From assembly GCF_001194135.2 (NCBI RefSeq), contig NC_069006.1, positions 18,664,963-18,728,962 of the forward strand: a DNA stretch of 64,000 bases, in the 5' to 3' direction. The notes below the pieces were generated by a model that ran no database searches, was not told the origin of the DNA, and saw nothing but the letters and a program-made list of their open reading frames with translations. A program made the position numbers and the translations under genes. This stretch comes from Octopus bimaculoides. Lineage: Eukaryota. Shown here piece after piece: positions 53,339 through 64,000 of the stretch (the stretch's first letter is position 1; every line of letters starts with the position of its first letter).

Positions 53339-53915
53339 GGTGTGGTGAACAAACTGTCATCTAAATTACACAAAATGAAAATAACACTAACATCTCATTT
53401 TAACAGATATATTTACCAAAATTATAGAAATATATCTTGAAATACTAAAGAGTAAATTTATTCAATAAAATTGCCATTGGCTTCAACCATGGCCTCCAGA
53501 TGACTTTGGAATTTTTTGCAACTCTTCTGGACAGTCTCCCTGTTTAAGTTGGTGGATGTTACCACAATCCTTGCCTTCAGTTCATCTTTGGCGTTACAAG
53601 GAGTTTTCTTGGTCTCTTGCTCAACTGCACCCTACAGATAATAATCAAGGGGGTTGCAGTCTGGGGAGTTAAGTGGCCAGATGTTAGGGGTAATGTGGTT
53701 GCAGAAATTGTCTGACAGCCATGACTGGGTTCACCTGCCTGTGTAGCATGGTTTAGAGTCTTGTTGCCAGATATAGGGTCTTCCAGCAGCCACCCTCTTG
53801 ACCCAGGGCAGCACTACCTCCTCCAGGCACTTGATGTAGGCCTCTGTGTTGAGTCTGAGGCTGTGTGGGAAGATGAATGGAGGCATCACTAGTGATTACT
53901 CCAAACACCATGATG
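53339..53915 (-). pseudogene. maT-family (DD37D) Tc1/mariner transposase C-terminal half plus right end
   Basis: IMVFGVITSD..MPPFIFP..NTEAYIKCLEEVVLPW..WQQD-(37 aa)-D in WPLNSPDCNPLDY..EANGNFIE*. Spacing counted by hand as 37. Confidence 0.88.
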
Positions 53916-53944
53916 TTTGGAGTGATATATTTAAACAACTCCGC

Positions 53945-54300
53945 TGGTCATGAATGACCATGGGTGCACCTAAGAGGTTCCCCTCTGGGGTACAAGTCTA
54001 GGTGGAAAGTTGCCTCACTGGCAAACACACAACCTAGGGTTGTTTCTATGGAAGACCAGCAGTCACCCATGCATACCAGCCTCCCCATCCTATGCCACTG
54101 ATGTTATCCAAGGGAAAGGCAAAGGTTGATACAGCTGGCACCAGTGATGTTGTAACTCATTTCTACAACTGAGTGAACTGGAGCAACATGAAATAAAGTG
54201 TCTTGCTCAAGAACACAACATGCAGCCCAGTCCTGGAATCGAACTCACAAACACGCAATTGTAAGCTCGAAACTCTAACCACTGAGCCATGCACCTTCAC
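53945..54300 (-). mobile_element. tRNA-derived SINE, same family as 45195, full length
   Basis: Head gtgaaggtgcatggctcagtggttagag...gagttcgattcc. Confidence 0.8.
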
Positions 54301-55209
54301 ACAATAAAATGTGGGATGGTAATCACTGGAACACCTTTGATCATAGCTTTGGCTGAGTCAGGACAAATTTGGGGTTAAACAACAGCAACTACTATAGTCA
54401 CACTAACCACCATGTCAAAAAATAGGTAATGTAGTCCTAGATACACGGAGAAACAATGTGGACTAATCGTATATCTAATAATTAAATTATATATTATGCA
54501 CTTTGTGTTTTGTTCCGTGAATGATTCGTTGGTCTGTGGAAAATTTGTCTTGCATGAAATCAGTCAATAATGCAAAAACTTTAGGAGACTGCTGGTCTAG
54601 AGGAGTTGAGTAAGAGACACAAGATCAAATCCTGGGTTAGAATATACTGAAACCTTTCAGCAGCCAACTGAGCAACCATGGAAACATCTTTAGAAAGTAA
54701 TTAAAGAAAAAGAATAGAGGCAAACAAGAAGAACAAGTTAGCAATCTAGCTACTTTGGTTAGCAGAAACTACTCCTACACACATATAAACAGTAGTAGTA
54801 GTGGTGGTGGTGGTAACATCTGGGAATTTATCATTCTCCTGCAAAGAACAGTCTAGAAGTATTGAAATACCAAAGACCAACAACAACAGCATCAGCAACA
54901 AAAATAGCAACAACAACGGTAAGAACAATAATAACAACAATAAAAGCCACAGTAACAACAATAATAAGGTCACTGACATTACACTTGGCTTTGGTTAGCA
55001 GTTACATTGTCTGACAAAAGACAATTGGAGAGCATGCAGAATAAAATAAAACACCCTGAGTTCTCAAAAATACTTTCATCACCACCACCATCATCATCAT
55101 CACCATTAACACAACCACCATCACTATTACTATGATAATGACTGGATTTGGTAGAAATTGCAGCCAAATCTTTTTTCAAATTGCATCTTAAAATAAGGAT
55201 AGGTTAAAC

Positions 55210-55615
55210 CAAGGGTTTTCAAACTTTTTGACTTGCGGACCCCTTTATATTTCAGGCTTTACCTTAGGGACCCCCTTATAAACGCTTATGAAATTTATAC
55301 ATAAATATTTGCTTAAAATAACATTTATTTTTACATTTATTTATTTAACAGTATTTAACAAATAGGTTTATTGTCAATTAAAAGATTTTGATTAAAAAAC
55401 ATATATAAAATCAAATTGCCCATAAAAAGTATTTGCTGTCCATGGACCNNNNNNNNNNAGTATTTAACAAATAGGTTTATTGTCAATTAAAAGATTTTGA
55501 TTAAAAAACATATATAAAATCAAATTGCCCATAAAAAGTATTTGCTGTCCATGGACCCCCTGTCTTGTCCTTGCGGACCCCCTGTGGTCTACGAACCACA
55601 GTTTGAAAACCCCTG
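55210..55615. mobile_element. hAT (Charlie-like) MITE inserted in a SINE E copy
   Basis: 16-bp TIRs caagggttttcaaact / agtttgaaaacccctg (1 mismatch) and a perfect 8-bp TSD GGTTAAAC at 55202-09 and 55616-23. Confidence 0.9.
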
Positions 55616-56477
55616 GGTTAAACAATGTAGTCTTAGATATATGGTAAAAAAATAAAAAAAAACATGAATACAAGTTAAAAGAACAACAAACAAGGTGTAT
55701 TAGGTTGGTGTTTGGAAAATTGGAAGAAGTCTTTAACATTTTGAGCTATGCTATTCTATGGAAATGAAACAAACATGTCTGAATTAAAATGTCACAGTAA
55801 GCCTTTGTCTTAGGTTTCCTGGATAAAGATTGATGAAAGGATTCAACAGCATCAATGGATAACAGACATACATAGTGACCAATAGAATGTAACCTGTATT
55901 TAGCCATTCAGTTTACTAGAGGAACTAGCCAAATCATCTTTCAAATACCTTCACCTGTCTTAAAATCAAGAACACATCAAGCAATATAGTCCTAAATATA
56001 CTATGTTTGAATAAGAGGTCTTCTGGATTAGGATTGACCTAGGGTTAAACATCAACAACAAGTAACAGACAAGCATATGACAATAAAATAGCCTGTACTC
56101 AGTTGTCCAATTTGCTAGAGATAGTAGCCAAATCTTCAAATCACTCTTTGATGTCTTCAATTAAGAAAGGCACATAAAACGATGTAGTCCTAGATATACT
56201 ATGTTCGAATAAGAGACTAGATGGCAATGATTGACCACCTTGGATCAAAGCTGATCTGATGTTAAACAGCAACAACAGGTAACAGACGTACATACTGGCT
56301 GATAAGGGAGTGTTTATACAGTCATCCATATATATATATGTATGTATATTTATGTGTATTTTAAAATGAGTTTTCAATATTTCAATATGCAATTATTTTC
56401 AAATATATATATTTTTTTAAGAAATGTTTTCTTTTTCATGATGCTAATGTAATAACTTAACAAATTAGGCTAATTGA

Positions 56478-56697
56478 AAAGAAATGCCTGAAATAATTCT
56501 AATTTTGGCACAAAGCCAACAATTTTAGAGGCATTACATTGCTTCCCAGTTCTAGACTGGTACTTCATTTTATTGGTCCTGAAAGGAAGAAAGGCAAAGT
56601 TGATCTTAATGAGGTTTGAGCTCAGAACATAAAGAGCTGGAAGAAATGCTGCTAAGCATTTTGTCCAGTGAGCTAATGAACCTGTCAGATTGCCACC
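56478..56697 (-). mobile_element. SINE family B
   Basis: Family B body; its head abuts (AAT)n. Confidence 0.78.
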
Positions 56698-56699
56698 TC

Positions 56700-56752
<53 letters not shown>

Positions 56753-56753
<1 letters not shown>

Positions 56754-57050
56754 CTGGAAATAGAGGTAACTCGAATGTGGAATCTAAAAACAGAAACAAT
56801 TCCTATCATGGTAGGTGCCTTAGGTATAATAAAAAAATATTCAGACAAATACATAACGAAAACACCAGGACTTACAAATATATATAACATACAGAAAATT
56901 GCACTATTGGGCACTGCACACATCCTACCCAAAACACTTTCAATACAGTAACCATAAGAGCATCACAGCAAACCACAGCACATACCCAAGGCACACAGAG
57001 CTGCGCTCGGTAGTGAAGTGAAAGCACGTTATAAAAATAAAACTATTGAA
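56753..57050 (+). mobile_element. 5'-truncated R4/Dong-clade LINE (restriction-like endonuclease C-terminus plus 3' UTR) inserted in (AAT)n
   Basis: LEIEVTRMWNLKTETIPIMVGALG...IQKIALLGTAHILPKTLSIQ*. Flanked by about 18 AAT units on the left and aataataa on the right. Confidence 0.85.
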
Positions 57051-57272
57051 TAATAAGTCCTTTCTACTAAAAGCACAAGGTCCAAATTTTGTGGGGAAGG
57101 GATTAGTAGATTACATCGATCCCAGTGAAACACTGGTACTTAATTTATCAACCCCAAAAGGAAGAAAGGTAAAGTCTACCTCAGTGGAATTTGATTTTAG
57201 AATGCAAAGATGGATGAAATGCTGCTAAGCACTGTACCCAGTGTGCTAACAATTCTGCCAGCTTGCTACCTT
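57051..57272 (-). mobile_element. SINE family B whose (ATT)n tail hosts the Dong insertion
   Basis: cctttctactaaaagcacaagg...tctgccagcttgc. Confidence 0.8.
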
Positions 57273-57836
57273 GCTACTATCTTTAATAATGACTTTTATA
57301 AAGTGATTTTTTTAAAGCGTTTATATATTCATTTCTCTTACTTGGGATAGCTGAGGCTAGTTTTGTATTTTCCTAGATTGCTTTTGGTTTCATTATTAAT
57401 TGCAGAAGGTGGAGAGTTGGAAAAAACCATTAGCATGCCAAATAATATGCTTAGTGGTATTTCACCCATGATTATGTTCTGAGTTCAAATATTATCCTAG
57501 TCGGCTTTACCTTTCACAGGGTCAATAAATACCAGTTGGGTACTGGTTTCAATGTAATCAACAAGCCCTATCCCACAAAATTTCAGGCCTTGTGCATGTT
57601 ATACAAAAGATTATTAATTGCACAGACACAGTTTTTATCTTTTGCCTTTTTTCAGTCAGTGGACTGTGGCCATGCTGGGGTACTGCCTTGAGGAACTTAG
57701 TCGAACAAATTGGTCCAAGGAGTTATTTTTAAATTTTCATACTTATTTTACTGGTCTCTTTTGATGAACGGCAAAGTTACAGGGACGTAAATAAACCAAC
57801 ACTGATTGTCAAGTGGTGGTGTGAGACAAACACAAA

Positions 57837-57931
57837 CATAAAGATACATACACACGTATTAAGTTGTCCAGAAAGTTCTGACGAACATAAAGATACATAC
57901 ACACGTATTAGGTTGTCCAGAAAGTTCTGAG
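57837..57931 (+). repeat. Tandem duplication (two ~48-bp units) including a mariner-like terminus (tattaggttgtccagaaagttc)
   Basis: aacataaagatacatacacacgtattaRgttgtccagaaagttctga occurs twice. Confidence 0.7.
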
Positions 57932-59264
57932 CATTTTTAAGCTAAATCTTTTAACACTTCATTGAACACACCTGAAACGTAACACAGTAAAAACTTTGGC
58001 ATTGCTTGAAATGGTAGTGTGTTTCTTCTTTGTTCCTGACTAAAAATAGATTTGTCTTTCATTCCAGTTACTCTTTCTTGACATTTGAAATGGATAACTA
58101 AAAGTTTCATATTCGCGTTGTAATGCTTTTCTTTTTTTAAAAAAGAGAAAATGCTGCAAACACAAAACACCATTTTATTGTATAAAATGTACTTGCTTTT
58201 AGTTTAAAAAAAAAAAAAAAAGTTTAATGAACTGAATACATTTATTCAAATTAAAATTTAAAGATGAGAGTTGGAAGTGATGATGATGGTGGTGATGAGG
58301 ATGAGGAGGAGGAGGAGGAAAACGAAGACAATGACAATGATAATGATGGTGGTGATGATGACAATGAGGTGGAGGAGGAAAACAATGGTAAAGGACAATT
58401 ATGACAATGATGATGATGATTATAATGAGGTGGAGGAGGAGGAAAATGATGATACTGACATTGAGGTTATGATGGTGACAGTGATAACAATGATGACAAC
58501 GATGATGATACTAATGATGCCCTATTGTTATTTAGCCCTACGTGAGCTCTGAATGACGGTTAAGGTCATTTCAGTTAGGGAATCTAAGTCTTTTGTTGTC
58601 CAGTATTGTCATCCATTTTAATTTTAAAGACAGTACGGATGATTGGAGAGAGATTTTGCTATTTCTTGCAGATTAAGTGATTAAGTAGAAGTCCAACTCA
58701 TTGGCTTATACATAAATGTTGCTGGTGCTGCTGCTACTGATAAGGACAACAGCATTGATAATGATGATGATAATGACAGTGACAACGATGATAATGGTGA
58801 TGATGAGGATGCTAATCATGGTGTAAATGATAATGATGAAGTTAATGATTGTAGTGATAGTCGTGATGATAATGATACTGGTGATGATGATAATGATGAT
58901 TGCAGTAATGACAGTATGCATTTTTCTGCCCTGACACTAACCCAACCACTGCCATCATTACCACCACCACCACCACCACCACCAACAACAACAACAGTAA
59001 CAAAAACAAGAGATGAAAAAAGGGGGAAAATGAGAAAAGAGAAAGAGAAGGAAGACAAAAGAAAAAAGCCCCTGAAAATATCTNNNNNNNNNNNNNNNNN
59101 NNNNNNNNNNNNNNNNNNNNNNNNNNNNNNNNNNNNNNNNNNNNNNNNNNNNNNNNNNNNNNNNNNNNNNNNNNNNNNNNNNNNNNNNNNNNNNNNNNNN
59201 NNNNNNNNNNNNNNNNNNNNNNNNNNNNNNNNNNNNNNNNNNNNNNNNNNNNNNNNNNNNNNNN

Positions 59265-59313
<49 letters not shown>

Positions 59314-60129
59314 GCGCACACACATGTACACATAGATCTGTATGTATGTATGTATATGTTTGTGAGTATGAATATATATCTATACATGTGTGTATGTATG
59401 TGTGAATGGATATGTGTATATATGTATGTATATGTACACACACACAAATACACACACGTTTGCATACACACATGTATGTATGTATGTAGAGTCTATCATT
59501 CAGGTGTGTTATTCCAATCAAGATAACTTGGCACAGAAGCAGCACTGCCGTCAGAACAGTTTATATACTTCATATATAGAGTTTCGCAGCATCTCTTGTC
59601 TGTCTTGGCTCCCGGATCTGCTATCACCGTAGGTGTAGAATTGAATGTGATACGTAAACAACACCCCCATTAAAAACAACTCAAGGAAACGAAGGCAATT
59701 CTAGAAACAGATTCACACACAGATGCAGATAGACAGGCAGACAGACAGACAGAGGAGCGGACAAAGCCAAAATACTTGAAGAGTCAAACTTTAGAGCTAG
59801 ATTTTATTCTTATGGGTGGTAGACCTAACACAACGCCCAGTTTAACATCACACCTTAATCCAGCAAGGATGCTTCTATATGGTTATCTGCTTTGCTAGAT
59901 ACAGCATCCAGATCTCCTATAATTGTAAAGAAACTGAAGCGTACATAGGATGGAAATGTAATTCAATACAGGGACTATGACAAGGGTGCTGGAGCCAGAT
60001 CTAATCCGTATGTGTGCGATAGACCTAACATGGTTCCCGGCTTAGCAGTCCCACCTCAATCCACTAAGAGCGTTTCCACATAGTTTCTTGCCTTGCTAGA
60101 AACAGCACCTGAATCTCCTCATCAGTGAT

Positions 60130-60420
60130 ATTTTTGGGGTCTCAGACATTCCCTCATCCAGAGTCACCTAGTGGCCTTCTCTGCAGCTTCAGTGATGGAA
60201 TTTATAGCCTTCCTCTTCCCTGCACCAGTAACTTCAATCCCAGTCAGAGCTTTCTAGAAGGAACACCTCCACAAAACCTTGGCAACTCACTTCTAGTGCC
60301 TCGTAACATACTTGCCAGAGCCAATTTCTGTACAGCTCTACCAGCTCCTGGTATTTTGGCAAGCTTCCTCTCATGAGCTTTCTCCCAGAGCACTCCAAGA
60401 GCACTGTCATTTCCCACATA
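60130..60420 (-). pseudogene. HERO/NeSL-type non-LTR retroelement 3' end (restriction-like endonuclease)
   Basis: EMTVL..AHERKLAKYQELVE..LEVSCQGF..AINSITEAAEKATR*LW, with frameshifts, resembling ELTVPWE/AHERK/VEVGCRGF/EAAEKASRWLW. Confidence 0.8.
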
Positions 60421-60928
60421 AATACCTGTTTTGTGGAATTTGAGAAGATTGCTAAGTCAGGGCAAAGTGTTGCTGGAACTATATGAACTGGGAGCTTCTA
60501 AAAACAGAAGATGGTCAAGGGCTGAAATGTCTTAGATCATATGTCTGCTTGATCAGTCATTAAGAGCAAGCCTAGGGATAGACAACAACAACAACAACAA
60601 CAACAACAGAAGCAACAGCAACAAGAACAACAACAACATTCTCTACTGTTGACATATGGCCATGTCTGCTGACAGATTCATGAAATGTCTAACATATATT
60701 ATCAAGTTTTAGTAATGTAATATATATATACTGTACATATTTATATATTAGATACTGTATTTATGTGAATATATGCAACCCTCACTTGTGTACCTAAAAG
60801 TAATCTCTTATCTTTTTTTAATCTCAAGTATGATGCTACAGCCTCCTCCCTCACCCCACCGATTTTGACCCTGATGCATTAGTATTAAATTTCTTGCATG
60901 AAGCACAAATATGTGTTTATATATATAT

Positions 60929-60966
<38 letters not shown>

Positions 60967-61301
60967 CCATATGAACATATACACAGACTTGTAAATGTAT
61001 ATGTATGTATGTATAAGTATGTATATAATACATCGCATGCATTATTTATATACATATTATACATTTATATACATATACACATGCATTATCTATATACATA
61101 AACACATATATATCCATATATATATATAAAAATACACATATATCATCATTGCCATCCTTTAATATCTGTTTTCCATGCTGGTATGGGTTGGATGGGAGAA
61201 AAAATATATATACATATACACATACATATACACACCCACCCACACACATACATTACATATATATTTATATACATTTTACATACATACATGCATATATCCA
61301 T

Positions 61302-61356
<55 letters not shown>

Positions 61357-61924
61357 AACACACACATATATATATTACATAATCTTTTATTTAAATAGTA
61401 AGTTTCAGTCAGCGTGTAACAAGACACCTGTAATAAGATCCCTGATATAGACAAATATTCAGATAAACAACAAAGTAGGGGTGACCATATATAGTAACTG
61501 AATGTGTCTGAGAAGTCTCATATGACTTGACATATACCCACTTGCACTTTGCAGGGATCACCTTAAATCAGAGGTTTTGAAGGCATGGGCTGGGGCAATG
61601 TTCTTGACCTCTTTCCAGACTATTATTTTGTAGTTGTGTGAGCCATTAGGATCCTAATGAGAAAAACCTCTATATAAGAAATAGCAGTGGAATCTCCCTC
61701 AAATCAAATCACATCATACCTGCTTACAAACAAAGAGAATTTGCTAGATGGGAACTGTGTGTGTGTGTGCGTATAAATCCATTATACGCAACAGAAGCAG
61801 GATTGAATTGAAATGGCTGCGTATCATACTTAATGGAAATACATTCCAAAAGTGTATATTTATTGCAGTATTCATCTGGAGATAAGTACCAGTGCTTAAC
61901 TTCTGCTGATTAATAATGATAATA

Positions 61925-62392
61925 ATTATCCTTTCTACTATAGGCACAAGGCATGAAATTTGTGGGGTGGGGTAAGTCGATCCCATTGACCTCAGTACAT
62001 GACTGGTACTTAATCTATCGACTAAAAAGGATGAAAAGCAAAGTCAACCTCGACAGAATTTGAACTCAGAACATGAAGATGGGCGAAATATCGCTAAGCA
62101 TTTTGCTTGGTGTGCTAATGATTCTGCCAGCTCACGCCTTATAATAATAATAATAACAATAATAATAATAATAATAATGATGATTTCAAATTTTGCCACA
62201 AGGGTAGTTTGGGGGAGGGGATTAAGTCAATTACATCGACCCCGGTGCATAACTGGTACTTATTTAATCGACCCCAAAAGGACGAAAGGTAACGTTGACC
62301 ACAGCGGAGTTTGAACTCAGAATGTAGCGACAGGCGAAATACCACTAAGCATTTTGTCCAGCATGCTAACAATTCTGCCCGCTTGCTGCCTT
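61925..62392 (-). mobile_element. Head-to-tail SINE B dimer joined by (AAT)n
   Basis: Two family B bodies with relatively high CpG retention. Confidence 0.82.
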
Positions 62393-62779
62393 AGTAGTAG
62401 TAGTAGTAGTAATCCTTTCTAGTGGAAGCACAAGGCTATAAGTGGAAGACACTTGCCCAAGGTGCCACACAGTAGGACTGAACCTGGAACTGTATGTATA
62501 TATACATATATACACATACATATTAAAACAAGTACTGGAATGTTTGGTATATTTTTAATTCCATATTTCATGATGACATGGCTTTGATTTTAACCCCTCC
62601 TTTATACAATATACATACACAAACACACACACATGTATGTATATGTGTGTATATATAAATATATGTATATGTATGTGTATACATGTAAGTATGTATATAT
62701 GTATATGTTTGTATATATATCTATGTAAGTATGTACTATAGGTGGCTTATTCACAGTTTACAACCGAAAAGCAGAACTA

Positions 62780-62916
62780 TAGACGCTACTATAGTGACTA
62801 AGGGTACTAGTTAGCACCAGCATTGCTAGATATAAGAGTCAAAACAACTCGTTTTGACTCTTATTTCATGCAATGCTGGTGCTAACTAATACCCTTAGTC
62901 ATTTTAGTAACATCTA
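62780..62916. mobile_element. 137-bp fold-back palindrome (66-bp arms, 5-nt loop); MITE-like with TA ends
   Basis: tgactaagggtactagttagcaccagcattgc / gcaatgctggtgctaactaatacccttagtca and ataagagtcaaaac / gttttgactcttat. Confidence 0.7.
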
Positions 62917-62973
62917 TATGTAAGTATATATGTATATATATACATATATATATATGTGTGTGTTTGCATATGT

Positions 62974-63005
<32 letters not shown>

Positions 63006-63304
63006 TAACACATAAATATACTTCTACCGTGATGTAAATTTTGTTACGCTTCATCATAGAGTTGATTACATTTTCCCATGAGATATTCTGTTTCTTCAGT
63101 AAAATCAAAGGTAAGTGATATCTAATGACTTTATAATGAAAGACCAAAACTAATTGCTTTGATTACCATTTCAAGCTGTTGAAACTCCTACATATTATCA
63201 ATAGCTTATATTTTCACAGCCATCATGGCTAAAGATATGCTTACTAAACATATTGTATGTGACTCTCTCATATAAATACATACATACATACATACGTATG
63301 TATA

Positions 63305-63346
<42 letters not shown>

Positions 63347-63429
63347 CATAATACAAATAATATATGAGTATATGCACATATACGTACATGTATGTACATA
63401 CCTACATCTACATGTATATATAGAGGCAT

Positions 63430-63570
63430 ATCTGGGTACAGGATGTTGCAAAAAAACGTGGACAAAATGATAAACAGATAAACAGTACAGAAAATACACA
63501 GGCCACATAGAGAACATTTCCTTCATCAGCTGCCACCATTCTAAAACTAAGCGTTTCGAAGAGGTAATAC
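63430..63570 (-). mobile_element. Probable Penelope-like terminal fragment
   Basis: Minus strand has ttcGAAACgc...ggcagCTGATGAagg plus a T-rich tract; lies next to (TA)n. Confidence 0.4.
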
Positions 63571-64000
63571 ATACGTACATATATATGCATACATTTATAA
63601 ATATGTATAAAAAACCAAGTAATGATATTTTGGATGCATTTAATATTTATGTATCAGATAATTGCGCAATAGATAAACATGGAATTTCATCTGTTACACA
63701 AAATCTTCCTCACTTAAGACATAACAAAATATGAACAAATTGATGGAATTTGCTCTTTATATTTGGTCAGGGTAGTTTAAGTCTCCTACTAGATGAGGAG
63801 AGGATTTGGTAAGAAGGAGTAGAATATCTATAGAGGGGGAAAAGAAAGAGAAAAAAACGTGTGAGAGAGAGAGACAGAGAGGAGAGGGAGAGAAAAGGAA
63901 AGAAAAGAGATTGGTAGTGTTGGTGTGAGGGCAGAGGAACAGTGAGAGAGAAGAAGGAAGAGAAAGTCAATTAAAAGATATATATATATATATATATATA

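Noticed and set aside
55340-55560. Direct duplication of ~110 bp inside the hAT MITE
   Set aside because: The two copies are identical and flank a short N-gap, typical of contig-overlap artefact. Similar duplications occur at the gaps near 24489 and 45076.
60085-60130. CTGATGA...GAAAC on the minus strand after the HERO-like ORF
   Set aside because: No stem II complementarity; it spans the junction of two elements.

Overview
Repeat-dense, AT-rich animal draft-assembly scaffold with many N-gaps, most flanked by (TA)n. The microsatellite mosaics and SINE families look like Octopus/coleoid cephalopod DNA; this is inferred from repeat content, not a database match. No intact long ORF is present, and nearly all ORF-track entries are microsatellite or gap artefacts. 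Recognisable content: (i) dozens of copies of about five SINE families; (ii) decayed autonomous elements: two mariner DD34D transposase relics, DD37D (maT) 5' and 3' pieces, an RTE LINE, a Penelope-like element (RT plus GIY-YIG), and 3' ends of an R4/Dong LINE and a HERO/NeSL-type LINE; (iii) a hAT MITE with TIRs and an 8-bp TSD; (iv) Penelope-type termini carrying minimal type I hammerhead ribozyme motifs, some non-canonical; (v) several long near-perfect hairpins, including a cluster at 47.7-48.5 kb; (vi) a tentative minus-strand multi-exon host gene starting in a CpG-retaining island at about 43.6 kb and running off the left edge. Its exon calls are low-confidence and its product is not recognised.
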